From the IMG/VR virus record IMGVR_UViG_3300021431_000088: a stretch of 64,000 bases of DNA. One strand, 5' to 3'. Positions 8,208 through 21,651 of this stretch are shown here, one piece after another. The position numbers were made by a program, and so were the translations under genes. The stretch comes from an uncultured virus (IMG/VR IMGVR_UViG_3300021431_000088). Taxonomy: Duplodnaviria > Heunggongvirae > Uroviricota > Caudoviricetes. How positions within the stretch are numbered: position 1 is the first letter of the stretch; each line of letters opens with the position of its first letter. A model generated the notes under the pieces. It ran no database searches and was not told the DNA's origin. It worked only from the letters and a program-made list of their open reading frames with translations.

Positions 8208-8546
8208 TTAAAAAGGGAAAATCCTATCGAAGACATCAAACAAGGTTGGAATCTCTTCCGTATTTGTAGTAGTGAAGTGGTATGAATGATACTTATCCAC
8301 AAACTCCTTGATTTTCTTCTGATAAGCCTTCTGCGCGTCAACCATAGCCTTACGGGCCTCTTCAACCGCGTTAGCCATTTCCTTGCGCTCAGCGACTTCC
8401 TTCTCTTTCTTTTCCTTAGCAAGCGCAGTTTCGCGCTCCTTGCGAATCTTTTCCAGATTTTCCTGTTCCTTCGCATGGAACTCTGCTTCGAGGCATGCCT
8501 TCTCGGTATCGAATACCTTGTTAAGTTTTTCGCTGTAATATTTCAT
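8208..8546 (-). CDS. coiled-coil hypothetical protein (112 aa)
   Basis: AGGAGG RBS, own promoter; likely co-transcribed with the suppressor tRNA. Confidence 0.85.
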   Translation of the reverse strand: MKYYSEKLNKVFDTEKACLEAEFHAKEQENLEKIRKERETALAKEKKEKEVAERKEMANAVEEARKAMVDAQKAYQKKIKEFVDKYHSYHFTTTNTEEIPTLFDVFDRIFPF

Positions 8547-8649
8547 ATCTCATAACCTCCTTATGTTATGAAAAAATATTCTTAGAAGAGATGTTCCTTA
8601 CCATCTTTTCTAAAAATATTATACACGAAAACTCAACAAAAGTCAAATG

Positions 8650-9054
8650 TTAGGATAGCAATTTCCAACCAGCGGGATACGCAGATGGAGACCAAATATT
8701 ATTGTCAATTAAGCTTTCATATGTTTGGCCTTCGAACATAACTTTATCGCCTTTCATATAAGGATTGGTGCTATCTGGCTGTTCCCATTCTGGAATAACC
8801 TCTGGGTCGGGAATAAGAACTTTTGCCCATAAACTTGGAGCAGCAGTTGGAGTCCAAGCATCCTGGGAAGTATGCGCTTGTAAGCACCGATATAAAGTGC
8901 CTTCAAAAAGAACCCTAACATCCTTTTCATAGGGAACATCAGGTTTCCAGTTTGGAAATAAGTTTTTTGCTTCCAAAGCATCCTCATCGGATAAAGATAT
9001 AGCCGCCTTTTCAATATAAGGACGGAGTTTTCGCGCCAATTCTACAAATGTCAT
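8650..9054 (-). CDS. carbohydrate-binding (CBM5/12-like) tail accessory protein
   Basis: W..D.PY..D.RV.F.G.LY.CLQAHTS...W.P...PSLW and Y.KGDKV...G..Y.S...N.W.P motifs. Confidence 0.8.
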   Translation of the reverse strand: MTFVELARKLRPYIEKAAISLSDEDALEAKNLFPNWKPDVPYEKDVRVLFEGTLYRCLQAHTSQDAWTPTAAPSLWAKVLIPDPEVIPEWEQPDSTNPYMKGDKVMFEGQTYESLIDNNIWSPSAYPAGWKLLS

Positions 9055-9302
9055 GTCACATCAACTCCTAATAAGATTTTTGCGGCTTCAAGCTCTTGTT
9101 CTAAAGAAGTAATTTTATTAGCTTGTAAAGTTAAATACTCATCTTTAGTATATTCAATGTAATCATAGCTGAAACCAGTAATAGCATGTTCATCAATAGT
9201 TTTGGAGTATTCTTCAATATTAGAAGCCACAAAAACTGCGTTGGGAGTAAACTCAATATCACTTGGGCGTGACGCACTATAAACTTTACCATAATTTTTC
9301 AT
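9051..9302 (-). CDS. small tail-fibre-associated protein
   Basis: Overlapping start/stop; C-terminal LEQELEAAKILLG shared with 21467-21646. Confidence 0.75.
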   Translation of the reverse strand: MKNYGKVYSASRPSDIEFTPNAVFVASNIEEYSKTIDEHAITGFSYDYIEYTKDEYLTLQANKITSLEQELEAAKILLGVDVT

Positions 9303-9307
9303 AAATA

Positions 9308-11743
9308 TCACGCTCCCATTTTAGCTACCCATTTGTTAATATTTGCGGTATATGTAGCATTCTTAGTAGGAATATACATTAAACGAGCGCCGTAATTTAA
9401 GCGGGCTCCTGTAGTAACGTTATAGTCAGCGGCATAATAGAATGGACCGGCATTCTCTTGATGACTATAGGCACCGCCGCAAGCGATAATCTTATTTTCG
9501 GTAGTATTAGGAGTTACCCACAGATTATCGCCAACTGGAAGAGCACTAGAAGCCCTATTCGAGCATTCGATTGGTAAATATACCCAGTCATAGTCGCTAT
9601 TGCCATAGCCCATAGCATTTATCCAAGTATAGTTAGAAGGAAGATTAAAACCAACATCTTCATAGTTATCGCTAACGGTATCAGGAGTATAATTGAAGTT
9701 TGTACAAATATATGGATTGCCACCCTGAGACTTACCATCACCTTTAACTACTACACCGCCAATCATTTTCCAAATATTACCCCATGGATTTTCTAATCCA
9801 CGATAACTGATTGCGCGCTTACCGGCAACAGTATAAGTAGTAGTTGAACCATTGATTTCGGTTACTGTTGCTTCTGCCGCACCAGTAGTATTACCTAAAC
9901 TAGAGGTAGAACCAGTAATAGAGCTACAATTGTAAGAACTATTGCCGGAAACATTACAAATACCAAGTTCAAGTGATTGCTGGCCATTCATAGAACCGAA
10001 CTCAACCATCTCTAACATCTGGTTAGTAGCAACAGCAGCCATGTTTTCGATATGCCAACCCGTGCCACGCGCAGTAGCGTAAGATTCCATTTCAGCAATA
10101 GTCTTAGCGGCAACTGGCTTACTATCCGCAATAGAGGTTAGTTTATTATCGGTTAGGCCGCCTTCATAGGCTGAGAATAGTACATAATCTAATTCACTAT
10201 CTCCATCTTTAAAGATAGGCGCTAATTTATAATTACTGTGCTTCTGTGCGGAAATTGAAATAGTTTCATGACGAATAATCTGTCCTTTTGAAGCTGTTTC
10301 AATGTTTAAAAGCGTGCGCTGATAGTAGAACTTGGGTTGATATATCATAACTTGCCCATTACTACCGTCATCTTTATAATTAGCATCTCCATAGAAAGCA
10401 GTAATTTCACCGTTATCGGAAACATTACAACGCATACGGCCGCCGTACATTGGATATTTGTTAAAGTCAGAACCAGCATTGAGCGATGTGGCCTCCTGGA
10501 TTCTCATAATGGTTCTGTTAGCATAATCAATATCTAAGCCAACTACACCAGTGGGATTATAAATACCTTCTTTCGTAAGAAGGGTAATTAAATCTTCTTC
10601 GCTAATTTCACTTGCTGCGGCATTACCGTTTTCATCTATGACTACCATTTGGCCGGCATTTTCGGGGCCGAAATCAATACTGCCACTACCGCCGCTACTA
10701 CTAGATGGAGTAGTCCATTTTAAGTCATAATCGGTATCAGAGTTCTTAGAAAGAACTTGGCCTTCGGAGCCACCCGCAGGAATAGGAGTTAATTTATTAC
10801 CTTCTTTATTTGTGAAATCCCAATTAACATATACATCTCCTGCATGGTATGCGTTTCCTTCCCATCCAAAAGCGGTACTATTTGAACGTCCGCCAGAAGA
10901 AGTACCATTACCAATAACAAAAGGAGCATCTGTATTAGAAGGTAAATATTTCCATTCTTTTGGCTCTGGATAATTGCCCGCTCGGAAAACTGGATAAATA
11001 CACTCACGGCCCTGTCCTTGATAAGTTACTCTATCTCCAATATTATACTTCGCGCCTTTAGTAAAAGTAGGATAAAGTTCCATTGAAAGATTATAAGTAC
11101 CACTTGCGTGTGAAGCAAATGCACCAGCTACTGTTAGATCACCTTCAGAATGAGCGGCTTCTCCACTTGCGGTAGTATTTCCTCCTTCAGAGTGTGCTCC
11201 CACTCCAGAAGCAGTTCCGCCCCATCCTTCTGCGTGGGCGCCATCCCCAGAGGCTATAGTCCCATTACCTTCTGCATGAGAATGAAGTCCGGATGCTTGA
11301 GTATTATAGCCTTCTGCATGTGAATTATTCCCTGTTGCATAGGTATAAGTACCATAAGCCTGTGATGAGGTTCCACTAGCAGTTACGTTTTCACCAAAAG
11401 CAATACTATTCTATCCCACTGTAGTATTGGCGGAGCGTCCCCTACTCAATGTAGTATCTAATACAGTATCTGCTTTATCCGCTTTCTCATCTAGCATAGA
11501 TTTGGTTACGCCGGCTTCTTGCGCGGCATCTAATGCTTCTTGCGCAGTTTCAAGTAATTCGGTAGCAGTTGTTACTTTTTCTGTAATGCCTTCAGCTGCC
11601 TAATTTACAGAAGCAATCGCGGCATCAGCGCTATCTGCGGCCGCAGCAGCACTAGTGGCGGCTTCTTTTGCCTATTGTGCGTATTTAGTTACGTCTGCTG
11701 GCTGAGACATAGCCTTTGCTAACATAATATCAATTATATCCAT
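9308..11743 (-). CDS. tail fibre / receptor-binding protein with HAEG (YadA-head-like) repeats, 811 aa, TAG read-through
   Basis: Frame continues from ATG 11743 through TAGs into the 631-aa ORF; HSEG/HAEG repeats; GLENPWGNIW C-terminal domain. Confidence 0.85.
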
Positions 11744-11745
11744 GA

Positions 11746-11946
11746 TTAGCCACCTGCCTCAACAACGTCTATCCATTCCTTATCACTATTAGCAATTAAC
11801 ATTTGAAATGGATTTAATACAACGGCAACAGATCCCAGCACAATATATTCTTCTGGTATATTCTATAAATCTGATGGAGTATCACAAAAAAACTCATTAG
11901 TAATTTCATTATCTAATGAGCCACGTTTACTCATTTTATATGCCAT
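11746..11946 (-). CDS. hypothetical protein (66 aa, 1 TAG)
   Basis: MAYKMSKRGSLDNEITNEFFCDTPSDL*NIPEE; RBS AAGGAAGT. Confidence 0.7.
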
Positions 11947-12113
11947 ATTTTTTCACTTCCTTAATAAAATTGGGCTATCTCCCCTTTACTCTAATGTATT
12001 TATGTTATGCGCAAAGAATGGTTTTAATTTAAAAAAAATTATGGGGCATATAATGCCCCATATTTATATGTAAATATTAAGTCGGCGCGAAGCAGCGATT
12101 TAATATTATATAC

Positions 12114-13928
12114 TTAAATGTGTTTTATTCCAATAAGTTTAGTAATTGAGCGCGCAGCAGTATATGCGCTTACTCCCGTAGATAATATTGATAGTTTTTC
12201 CATCTAAGTTAAAGTTAATTGAGTCGTACTATCAACATGTATTTTAATAGTAAAAGCGCGAAAACCATTTGTTACTGGGTCTATACATACTCCACGGAAT
12301 GACTTGTCATCGCTATCACTATTATAAGTAAGTGTTCCTGTAGCACCAGTATCTAAAACTGCTTCAATTACTGCCCACTAACTAAAATCATTAGTGACGG
12401 TAATATTACCACTCGACCATCCAGTATCACTAGACCATAGTACCGGCGCAGTAAAGGTATCATATCCATTATGATATAATCCCCAATTATCTGCTATTTC
12501 AACCCTATTACTGCCGGTTGGATAGCAACCATAACTAAACGCATTTCGTTCTGGTTCCCATCTCATTAAGGCTTCTGCGCTTGATAACTGAACTTCTATT
12601 GAATCAATAGAAGTAACATTATCATAAAATGTTACTTTTATCATATATTTCGTATCATTGCTAAAGGGATAAGTTGTAATATCAGGAGTCAATAGTGAAA
12701 CATATTCTCCATTATACATTGGAGTTGTGGGATAACTGCCATTAAACTCTTTTGCTTCTACCTTCATAAATAACGCATTGGAAGTTCCTATTTTAGTATA
12801 ACTCGCAGAGGACTCTAAATATAAGCCTTCTCCAGTAGACACAACTACCTATGTGCTATCGCATCTTTTTGCCGTAACTGTAGTATAAGAAGGTAGATTA
12901 TAAGGAGTTACTTCTACGGAAGTAGTTGTACTAACAGTTCTATTGCGGCTATCCGTTGCGGTAATAGTATATGTTAATGTCCCACTATTACTGAAAACAC
13001 TACTGGTCGCAGTTTTCTCTAATGATGTTGTATTTCCAGCGAAAACTTTATTTAAGCCATTGCCGCTGAAAGTTAAACTCTTTATTATAGCTCCATATTT
13101 AGCTGTACTAGAGGCTGTTAATTGTAGATAGCTATAATTTTGTAAGAGATATGCAACACTATCCAGAGTGACAGAGTTCTTTTCAACTGCGCTAGTAATA
13201 GAAACTGAAGGATTATAAGCGCTTGTATTGGGTATAGTTATTGTAAATGTTTTCGTGCTCTGACCGACAAGAGTAGAACCATTATAAGTTTTAAGAATGG
13301 CAGTAGCAGTACCACTTGTGGCAGAAGGAATCTCATTTGCATAACTGCTATCTATGGAGACAGAGCCGGAAACGGCTGTGCTTCCTGCGGCGATATTAAC
13401 TACAGAAGAAGTTTTATCACCAAAAGTAACCTATAGTTTATGACTATAAGTGGAATATGCGGCCGTACCTGATACTGTTACGGAACCGCCGCAAGCAACT
13501 GATGAAGTAATCGAAGAGATTTTTGTTGCTACATCACTTACTTGCCATTCTATAACTAATTTAATATATGAACCTGATTTTAATTCACCAGAGCTGCCAT
13601 TGATACCATATAGATAAAGAGAATTGATATTGGTAAAATTACTATTAGTATAATAAGTACTACTAATTGTCGTGACTGACTCCTGGCCGCCGCCAGTCTG
13701 AGCATCTAGTGGCTATGAAATAATTGTACCAGAACTATTATTTACTTTAATTTGAAAATTATAGGAGCTGGTATTGCGGAAAGTACGATAAAACTTTACA
13801 GTTTTAATTTTATAATTAACACTAGGAAAATCTCCCGTTTTATTAACAACAAGCGTATAGCCTGTCACATTTATTGTCTAATTTCCAACAACTTCTGCTG
13901 AATAAGTTACTGTTCCTGTGTTTGCCAT
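12114..13928 (-). CDS. Ser/Thr-rich tail protein (DUF859-like), 604 aa, TAG read-through
   Basis: GAGGTG RBS; frame open except for TAG; YTITATDSRNRT motif typical of siphovirus tail proteins. Confidence 0.75.
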
Positions 13929-13939
13929 GGGCTCACCTC

Positions 13940-15109
13940 TCATGCATCTTCAAGGGCTTTAACCCATGGAGTTGCTTTATCATTTTTCTCTAATTTTAAA
14001 TGGCTAATTGTTAAAGTAGTACCTGTCCATCCAGTAGTACCATCAACTGACCTAAGATAACCACGCATACGGGTAATCGTGCCACTTGCCTACTTATCCG
14101 TTAATTTAAACGTAGTTTCAAAATGTCCAGAATACTCAGAAGCTCCATTCGTTTTAATAATATCGTAGTTGTTGCCTCCGCTAAGACGAACTGGCCATGT
14201 ATCAGATTGTACTTCATTTGAATAAAAGAGCAAACCAATTCTAAAATCAGGGGCATTTGAAACAACATTTGATAATTTATAGTCATAAGATATGGTGAAG
14301 GTATCATCCTAATTTCCACTAATCAAGGTTTGTCCATCAGATACTAAATATACCCAATCTCCATATCTATAATTAGAACTAGCGACCATACTTAGTGAAT
14401 TAGGTGTGGCTGTACCAGCAAAATAGTTTCTCTTAACAAACAAGGAATCACTATCAAATGTCCAAGTCACATCATATCCATCTACTGTAGCAGTTAACCC
14501 GCCGAGCATAAACTTATTTTTAATGCCTTCCTAAGTAGCAACTAAAGTAGAATTATTGATATAGGCAACTTCCTATTTCTTTTCTAAAAAACTAATCTTA
14601 TCATCTGATATAATAGCTTTATAGTCGCCTTCTATCCATTTTTGCGCGGTTTCATCATACTCTTGCTTAGATAATGCTAATTCTGAATCATCACCCTACG
14701 CATTAAACCATTTTTCTTGCCAGTCAGTTAATGAACTGGTTTGGTCTTGTAGAGTATCAACTGTATCATTTAAGATAGCTTGCTATTGTTCTGTTGTAGA
14801 AACCCGCAAGTTCAAGGCTGATTGGTCATAGTCATAATCTTCTTGTGATACTTTTTGCTCTAGAGCATTAGTATTGGCTTGTATTTGCGCGGAAGCCTCA
14901 TTTAATGATGCGCTTAAATCATTAATTTGCGCGCTTAGGTTATTTTGTAGCGCAATCAAATTAACATTTATATCATCTGGAGTAATATACAAGTCATCAG
15001 CATTATAAGTAACGGTTGTTGTACCTACCGTAATACTCCCATTATTAAAAAGTTCCTCGGCCTAATCCTCAGTCAAGTAAACTATTTTATGTAAATATGA
15101 ATTACTCAT
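13940..15109 (-). CDS. tail-associated protein with coiled coil, 389 aa, TAG read-through
   Basis: Joins ORFs 14783-14992 and 14309-14509 in one frame; ends with KLEKNDKATPW. Confidence 0.75.
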
Positions 15110-15261
15110 AGTGTTGGCGCCTCCTCTTCAGGGATTTCATGCCAGTTGGAAGGAGAATCATAGATTCCAAGCCAAACATGATGGGCATAAGCATCTCCAT
15201 TTGTTAAAATCATACCTTCGCCCGCAATAATTTCAGTAATTTCATTATATAAGATTTTCAT
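15106..15261 (-). CDS. small tail-fibre-associated protein (51 aa)
   Basis: GGAGGGAG RBS; A.EG.ILTNG...LG..DS..NW.EI motif. Confidence 0.7.
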   Translation of the reverse strand: MKILYNEITEIIAGEGMILTNGDAYAHHVWLGIYDSPSNWHEIPEEEAPTL

Positions 15262-15272
15262 ATTCTCCCTCC

Positions 15273-17534
15273 TTAGTTGGCAAGCGTCCAACCCTTGTTT
15301 GTTGCTATTTGCTTTTCAGCAGTTGTAAGTTTGTTGAGGTTCATTGTGCTTAGGTTGATTGTACGAGTTGTTGTAGTGTTTTGGAGATTGTTAAATAATG
15401 TTACTATTTGTTCTACTGGTAAATTATAGCTGTTTGCTATACTAAAGTTTAATTTTACTGGCGGGAAACCAATAATTTCTTTTAACTACCAACAATAATT
15501 AAGGAAACTACCTGGTGCGGTAGAGGTTACTTTTGGAATACTCCAGTTACGAAGATTAACGGATTCTAGACGATAACAATACTAGAACATATTAGCTATA
15601 GTAGTACATAATGGAAGTGATAGACCTGATAGATTAACTGTTTTTAATCCATAACATTCCTAAAAGAGACTGGCAACTGTAGTTACTTTAGATAAATCCC
15701 ATTGAGTTATATCTACAGGTGGCTCAGTTAAAGAAGCACAATAATGAAACATTTCAGCAATTGTGGTAACTTTAGAAGTGTTCCAAACCGTTGTTGGGAA
15801 AACAATTGTTTTTAAACTCCAACAGCCATTAAACATACTAGCTAAAGAAGTACAGTTACTACAATCAAAGCCTGATATATTAACACTTTCTAAGCTATAA
15901 CAATTCTAAAAAAAGCTAGCATAGCTATTACTATTCATTTTCCATCCAGAAATATCTAAATCTTTTAAACGATATGCATTAGCAAACATGCTCATGCCAG
16001 TAGCGGTGGAGCTAGTAAAATCCCAGTTTGTAATACCTGTAATTTTTGATAGTGAATAACAATTCTAAAATAAGTACTAATGACTTGTAGTATTATCATC
16101 ATCAAGGCCAGATAGATTCCAATTAGATGGGAAGTGTAGTTCTTTAATAGAGTAACAATTATAAAATAAGTTTGCCATCTTTTGACAACTTCCTGAGTCC
16201 ATCTTTAACCAAGACAAGTCTATACTTGATAATTTATAGCACTCTCTAAAGCAGCCATCAATTCGCGTTAAATCTCCTGTCTATATTATTGGTGCTTTAA
16301 TTTCTCTCAAACTACGGCAACCATAAAAAGTCGATCCCATACTTGTAACTGCACTGACGTTCCACGCACTTAAATCTAAATGTTTTAAGCTATGACAGTA
16401 TATAAACATTGAATTGAAATTAGATACTTTACCAATATCCCAATTTTTTATTCCTTCTAAGTCTAATAAATCTCGACAACTATCAAACATATTTGACATA
16501 CTTGTAGCTTTAGCAGTATTCCAATTTTCTAATCCTATAATTCTTCTTAAGCTGCGACAATTTCTAAAAATGGATGCTAATGACGTTGCTCCAGAAGTAT
16601 CTAAGTTAGAGACATCTAATTCTCGAACACTAAAAAGTCCATCAAATAAACTTTCCATAGTAGCATTTAATTTACTAGTGTTTAAAGAACTTATATCTAA
16701 ATGTATCAGATTCTAACAATTCTAAAACATACATCTAAATCGCACACAATTCTAAGTTTTTAATGCGGTAATGTCTAGATCCTATAAACAATAAGAATTA
16801 ATATACATATAAGAACAGTCATTTAGTTTTGTGCCAGTTCCATTACCAACCTTTTCGCGCTATAGAGAATGTGCGCTCCAAAACTAGGTATTTACACTAT
16901 AATTTATCGTAGTAATATTAGGAATATAAGCAATTCTTTCCAATAAATGCTACTATTGCGGCAAAAATACTCTTCCTTCTGGAGACTGCGCAGCAGGAAC
17001 ATTTAGAAGTCTAAATAATTTTATATTACCAGTTACGCGAATCACAACATATCCTGTAGCATATTCATTAAAGAAATAATAATTATTACTATTATGTGCT
17101 ACAGTATCCGTGGAATCCACTACATACGTGCCATTTGTAATATGTCCGAAATCGACTGTTGCGGTGTCCCCCGTATTAGTTAATTCAATATGAAAGCTAC
17201 AAAAGTCATCAGGCGCGCCCGTGCTATATGTCATATAAATAAAATCATTATTGCCAGTAAACTATAAGTTTAAGCTGTCCAAATCTGGCCAGCCACTCGG
17301 CCGCGTCCAGACCTCATCTTCATCATTAACCTTTATTGTCCAGTCCTAATCAAAGCCATATGGCTCATTTAAATCCTCAATTATCTCACTAATGTTCCTA
17401 TCTTCTGTCTTTCCGACGCGATAACTAACCGCGTCCTATAAGTTTTCAAACTATTCATTCGTAAGAAGTACACCGTCATTACTCGCAATAGGCAATGTAT
17501 TGCCTACTCGTACATTTCCTAAATAAACTGCCAT
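15273..17534 (-). CDS. BspA/DUF285-type leucine-rich-repeat surface protein, 753 aa, at least 15 in-frame TAG
   Basis: Repeats L.L..W.TS.VT.M..MF..C..L; C-terminus IATNKGWTLA; F*NC lines up with FRNC/FYNC repeats. Confidence 0.85.
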
Positions 17535-17545
17535 GGTGCCCCTCC

Positions 17546-17758
17546 TTACTCATTCAACCTAATAATTGGGATTTTACAATCCTCAATCTAATCGGTTGTA
17601 GCGAGAGTTTCTCCTGCGGGAATAGTTAAATCCGTCCCGTTGATTTGATTTACATAAATATTCCATTTATTATTGCTATTGCCCAAGCTATAGGTATTAG
17701 AACCGCTTGGAACATTATTATGTGGGATTAAATTAACCCCAAACGTCATATTAGCCAT
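17546..17758 (-). CDS. hypothetical protein (70 aa, 1 TAG)
   Basis: GGTGGTG RBS; frame open except for TAG. Confidence 0.65.
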
Positions 17759-17772
17759 AATAAATCACCACC

Positions 17773-18021
17773 TTATGTTACGGTAGTTTGTCCGTTTGCG
17801 TCTACCGCAAAATGAAATGTAATTGTACCATTGGCTCCATTTGGAACCTCTATTTCAAAAGTATTACTGCCCGCGGCAGTAGTTAGCACGGCTTTTGTTA
17901 CCTATACATTTAACTCAATATCCGTGCTAACATACTTGCCCGCAGTAGACAGTCTAATTATATTATTTTGTTTCTCGGCAGTAATTGTGCCGATATTATT
18001 TGTTAAACTTCCTGCCGCCAT
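17773..18021 (-). CDS. hypothetical structural protein (82 aa, 1 TAG)
   Basis: GAGGTG RBS; IRLSTAGKYVSTDI resembles N-terminus of next gene (ITFLTKNRFVDAN). Confidence 0.7.
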
Positions 18022-18031
18022 TTACTTCACC

Positions 18032-20302
18032 TCAAGTAATGGTATAGGAACCATCATATGTCTACATTGTACCAACAACAAGCGCGCCAGCATTATCATA
18101 AGCAGTATAACCTGCTAGAATGTAATTAGCGGGAGCATTGTCACCAGAGGCATCAGGTACAAGTTTTGCTAAACTAATTTTAACAGCAGGCGTATAACCT
18201 TCGTTGATATATAAGAAGTCTCCAGATATTAGTGCTGGAGTAGTACTGGAAATATCAGTATAAGTAGTACCACTTGTACCGCTATTAGCAAAAGTTGTTG
18301 TAGTAATAGGTACGTATGTAACCGCTGATGCGGCCGCACCAACAGTCAAATTACTACTATTAGAAGTGGTATATTGGCCGCTGGTAGTAGTACCATAACC
18401 GGCAGTCTTAACAGTTGCTGTTGCGGCGACAGTCCCGGTATTGGCTGGAGATGATACCGCAATGTAATAACCAGAACTTGGCTTAGTAGTGGTTGCGGTG
18501 CCAGCAGCATCAATGTTAGTCGCACTATTTTTACTAATAGCTGGTGCCTTTGTGCCAGTGCCGCTAAGATTGGCTTGAATAGCAATCTTAGGCAAGGTTG
18601 CCGCAAGAGTTGCTCCATCTGTATTTGAAGACTTTGTACCAACATTACTGGCAATGTAGCCCTCGGTAGTGATAGTTGGCGCGCTAATAGTTGCTTTGCC
18701 TGTTAAATCGAAATTGGAATTAGTGGAATTATAAGCTACAGTAGCAGTAGAAATAGTTGCTGTTCCAGACTTGATTGCGCCCGCTTTGATTGGAACATAT
18801 GTTGCGGCCGCAGCATTGCTTCCTACACTGACTGTAGTTGCTTCATCTTTCAAATAATGCTCTGTAGTACCATAACCTTCAGTAGTAACCGCGCCATTGA
18901 TAGTTAAGGTGCTAGATTTTGCGGTGGCATCGACTCTAACATATGCGCCGCTACTAGGTTTGGTGGTAGTAACTGCGCCACTCGCGGCATCAACCCAACT
19001 ATCACCAGATGGTTTAGCAGTCCTGCTGATCGCTGGCGTTACTTTAGCAGTCCCGGATACATCCACACCAACCTAAATAGTTGCCAACTCTTTAGAACCG
19101 GAAATACTATTTCCATTCTTAGTGCCTTCAGTAGAACTTACATAACCTGCGGTATTGATAGTAGGAGCAGCAATAGAACCACTTGCGGTCTGTATGAACT
19201 TGCTCTCATCACTATCCCAAGCTGGGCTAGAAATTGTAGCTGTGCCCGCAGCAGAAGTAATTGTACCTAGCGCTACTGAGGAAGTACCGCCAGTTATCCA
19301 ACCAGAACTATAAGTAACGCTTCGGCCGCTAACAGTAGCAGTAGTGGTCTTTATTGGGACATAATGGATGTCAGATTGCGCCGCGCCAACGGTAGCCGTG
19401 GCAGCGGTCCCGACACCAAAATTAGTAGTATCACCATAACCAGCAGTATTAACTGATGGCGCAGAAGTGATAGTAGAAGTATTGGCATTACTACGAATAG
19501 CTACATAAACTCCACTAGACGGAGCAGTTGTAGTTGCGTTACCATTTGCGGCATCAGTTACGCCGCTAATGGAGATTGCTTGCTTTGCCAAAGCTGGCTT
19601 ACGAGCACTAGTTGCGCCGGTGAGAGTGGAATTGAGGATAATTTTATCTACGGTAGTATTTAAAACTGCGCCGCCGGGATTAGTATTCTTTGTGCCTTTC
19701 GTAGCTGAAATATAACCAGCATTTACTACTGTGGGCGCACTTACTGTCCCACTACCACTAATTGTAAAGTTATTGTCAGTTGAATTATATAGATATTGAA
19801 CAGTATCAATTAGAGCGGAACCTGAAGTGATTTCACCTGCCGCGCTACTATCCGCTGCGCCAATAATAATGGTTCGCGCGCTATTATAACCTTCGGTAAT
19901 GGAAATAGTTTGCGCCGAATCAGAAGGATTAACTGTACTGCCACTAGTAATTGTGGTAGTACCATTCTTTAAGATAGATTGATTTACTGTACCAACAGCT
20001 ACGGAGCCATCTGATACTTGGTGGTCTCCTGCTGTTATCCATCCTGCCCTAGTAACATTAACATTACCACTAAGATTAACTGTTGGAGAATACTTTCCAC
20101 CTGAAGCGTTTCCCATTGACAATCCAGTAGTAATATCATCTAATGTAAGTATTGGTTCGGAAGCACCTTCTGTGGAAATAGTAACGCGTGCATTCGCGTC
20201 TACAAATCTATTTTTTGTTAGAAAAGTGATTGTCTTTTCGCCTGCACCAGTAATCGTATACGGCACATTCCATCCAGCCGCATCATTTCCTGCAATTGGC
20301 AT
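18032..20302 (-). CDS. Thr/Ser/Ala-rich repetitive fibre protein, 756 aa, 2 in-frame TAG
   Basis: ORFs 19073-20302 and 18062-19066 share a frame; three internal repeats (TTT.PSSG.Y...V.TAGYG). Confidence 0.85.
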
Positions 20303-20316
20303 TAGCGTTCACCTCT

Positions 20317-20880
20317 TTAATAAATAGTTCCCGCATATACAGGAACGAATACGTCTTGGGAGCCATCAAAGGTATATTCTTGTCTGGCCCCAAAGGTTAA
20401 TTTATGAGAAAGTTTTTTAGCAGTATTGTTAACAATACGCCAATAAGCGCCATCATAAGTTAAAGCAATGGTTTCATTATCATCCCATAAATTAACCGCT
20501 GTGCCGCTTAAAAAGATAGGCGCGGCCGCGAGCCCATTGATTTTCAAAGTGGGTGTGGCCGCGGTATTTGTATAAGTAAAAGTAACGTGTATTGTTATAC
20601 CAGTTACTAAATCAAAGTCTTTTATCGTGCATTCTTTTTGCGCGATTGCGGGAGGAGTATTACAAGTGCAATAATAACCATTTATATAGCTAGAAGAAGT
20701 AAATGGTAGGTTTATTACATTCGTAATACCATCTCCAACTTTCAATCTCGGATAAGGATGGGCATTATCAGCAAGATAAATAACAATTTCACCTAAAAGT
20801 GGAATAAAATCTTGACCGTTTTCATTCCAATTAGCTTCGGTATCGCTTTTCTGCTAAAAGCGTGCGCGAACTGTTGCCAT
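20317..20880 (-). CDS. tail fibre protein with hyaluronidase/Mtd-like N-terminal motif, 187 aa, 1 TAG
   Basis: RF*QKSDTEANW...FIPLLGEIVIY...RLKVGDG. Confidence 0.8.
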
Positions 20881-20899
20881 AATAATACCTCCTTATTTA

Positions 20900-21298
20900 T
20901 TAGTAAAAACTTGTGCCACTATTAAGAATTGTATCATCAATAAGATTTGCGCTTATCGGGATATATTCGTTATCCCAATAATAGAGAATACGTTCTTCTG
21001 TATCAAAATATAATTTATCCGTTTCTCCTATTTCGGGGAAGTTGGCGTAAGTTTCAAATATAATTTCTGTTTTATTGTCTAAGTATTTGCCAAAAGAAGA
21101 AGTAAACTCTTCTTTCGTCCCCATATATCCACTATGTAAGGCTAAAGTGTAGAGTTTATCACTTAATAAGGTGAGGTTGCTGATTTCCCAAGGATAAATA
21201 TGGGGTATTTTTGGATCTTCTGATAAGATGATAGGAAGAATTAACTCGTTGAAACGTAATAATAAATCACGAGTCCGCTGTCTATTGGATTTGTACAT
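20900..21298 (-). CDS. hypothetical structural protein (132 aa)
   Basis: FPEIGETDKLYFD...LYYWD motif typical of tail accessory proteins. Confidence 0.75.
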   Translation of the reverse strand: MYKSNRQRTRDLLLRFNELILPIILSEDPKIPHIYPWEISNLTLLSDKLYTLALHSGYMGTKEEFTSSFGKYLDNKTEIIFETYANFPEIGETDKLYFDTEERILYYWDNEYIPISANLIDDTILNSGTSFY

Positions 21299-21466
21299 TA
21301 TGGTTTCACCTACCTTATCTACACTTAATTTTAATTAGGTATATCCGTTGCGATTATCTTCATCTTGGGCGGCTTTTAAAGCACATAAGACGCCAATTAG
21401 TAGTATAAGAGCAGATAAAAATAAAAGTATTTTCATAAGAATCTCTCCTAAAATAAAAATAAGGTT

Positions 21467-21646
21467 TTAATCTATTCCTAAAAGGATTTTCGCGGCAGCA
21501 AGTTGTTCTTCTAGCGCGGCGATGCGCTCTTCCGGAGTAGGCTGCGGCTGTTCGTTTGCTGCTTGCTCGACTGCCGCGATTTCCTCCGGTGTGGCGTCTC
21601 TATAGACGGTTTCCCCGGTGATATGATTGTGCTCTGCAATTCTCAT
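21467..21646 (-). CDS. small tail-fibre chaperone-like protein (59 aa)
   Basis: GAGG RBS; RDATPEEI...PTPEERIAALEEQLAAAKILLG. Confidence 0.7.
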   Translation of the reverse strand: MRIAEHNHITGETVYRDATPEEIAAVEQAANEQPQPTPEERIAALEEQLAAAKILLGID

Positions 21647-21651
21647 TTTTT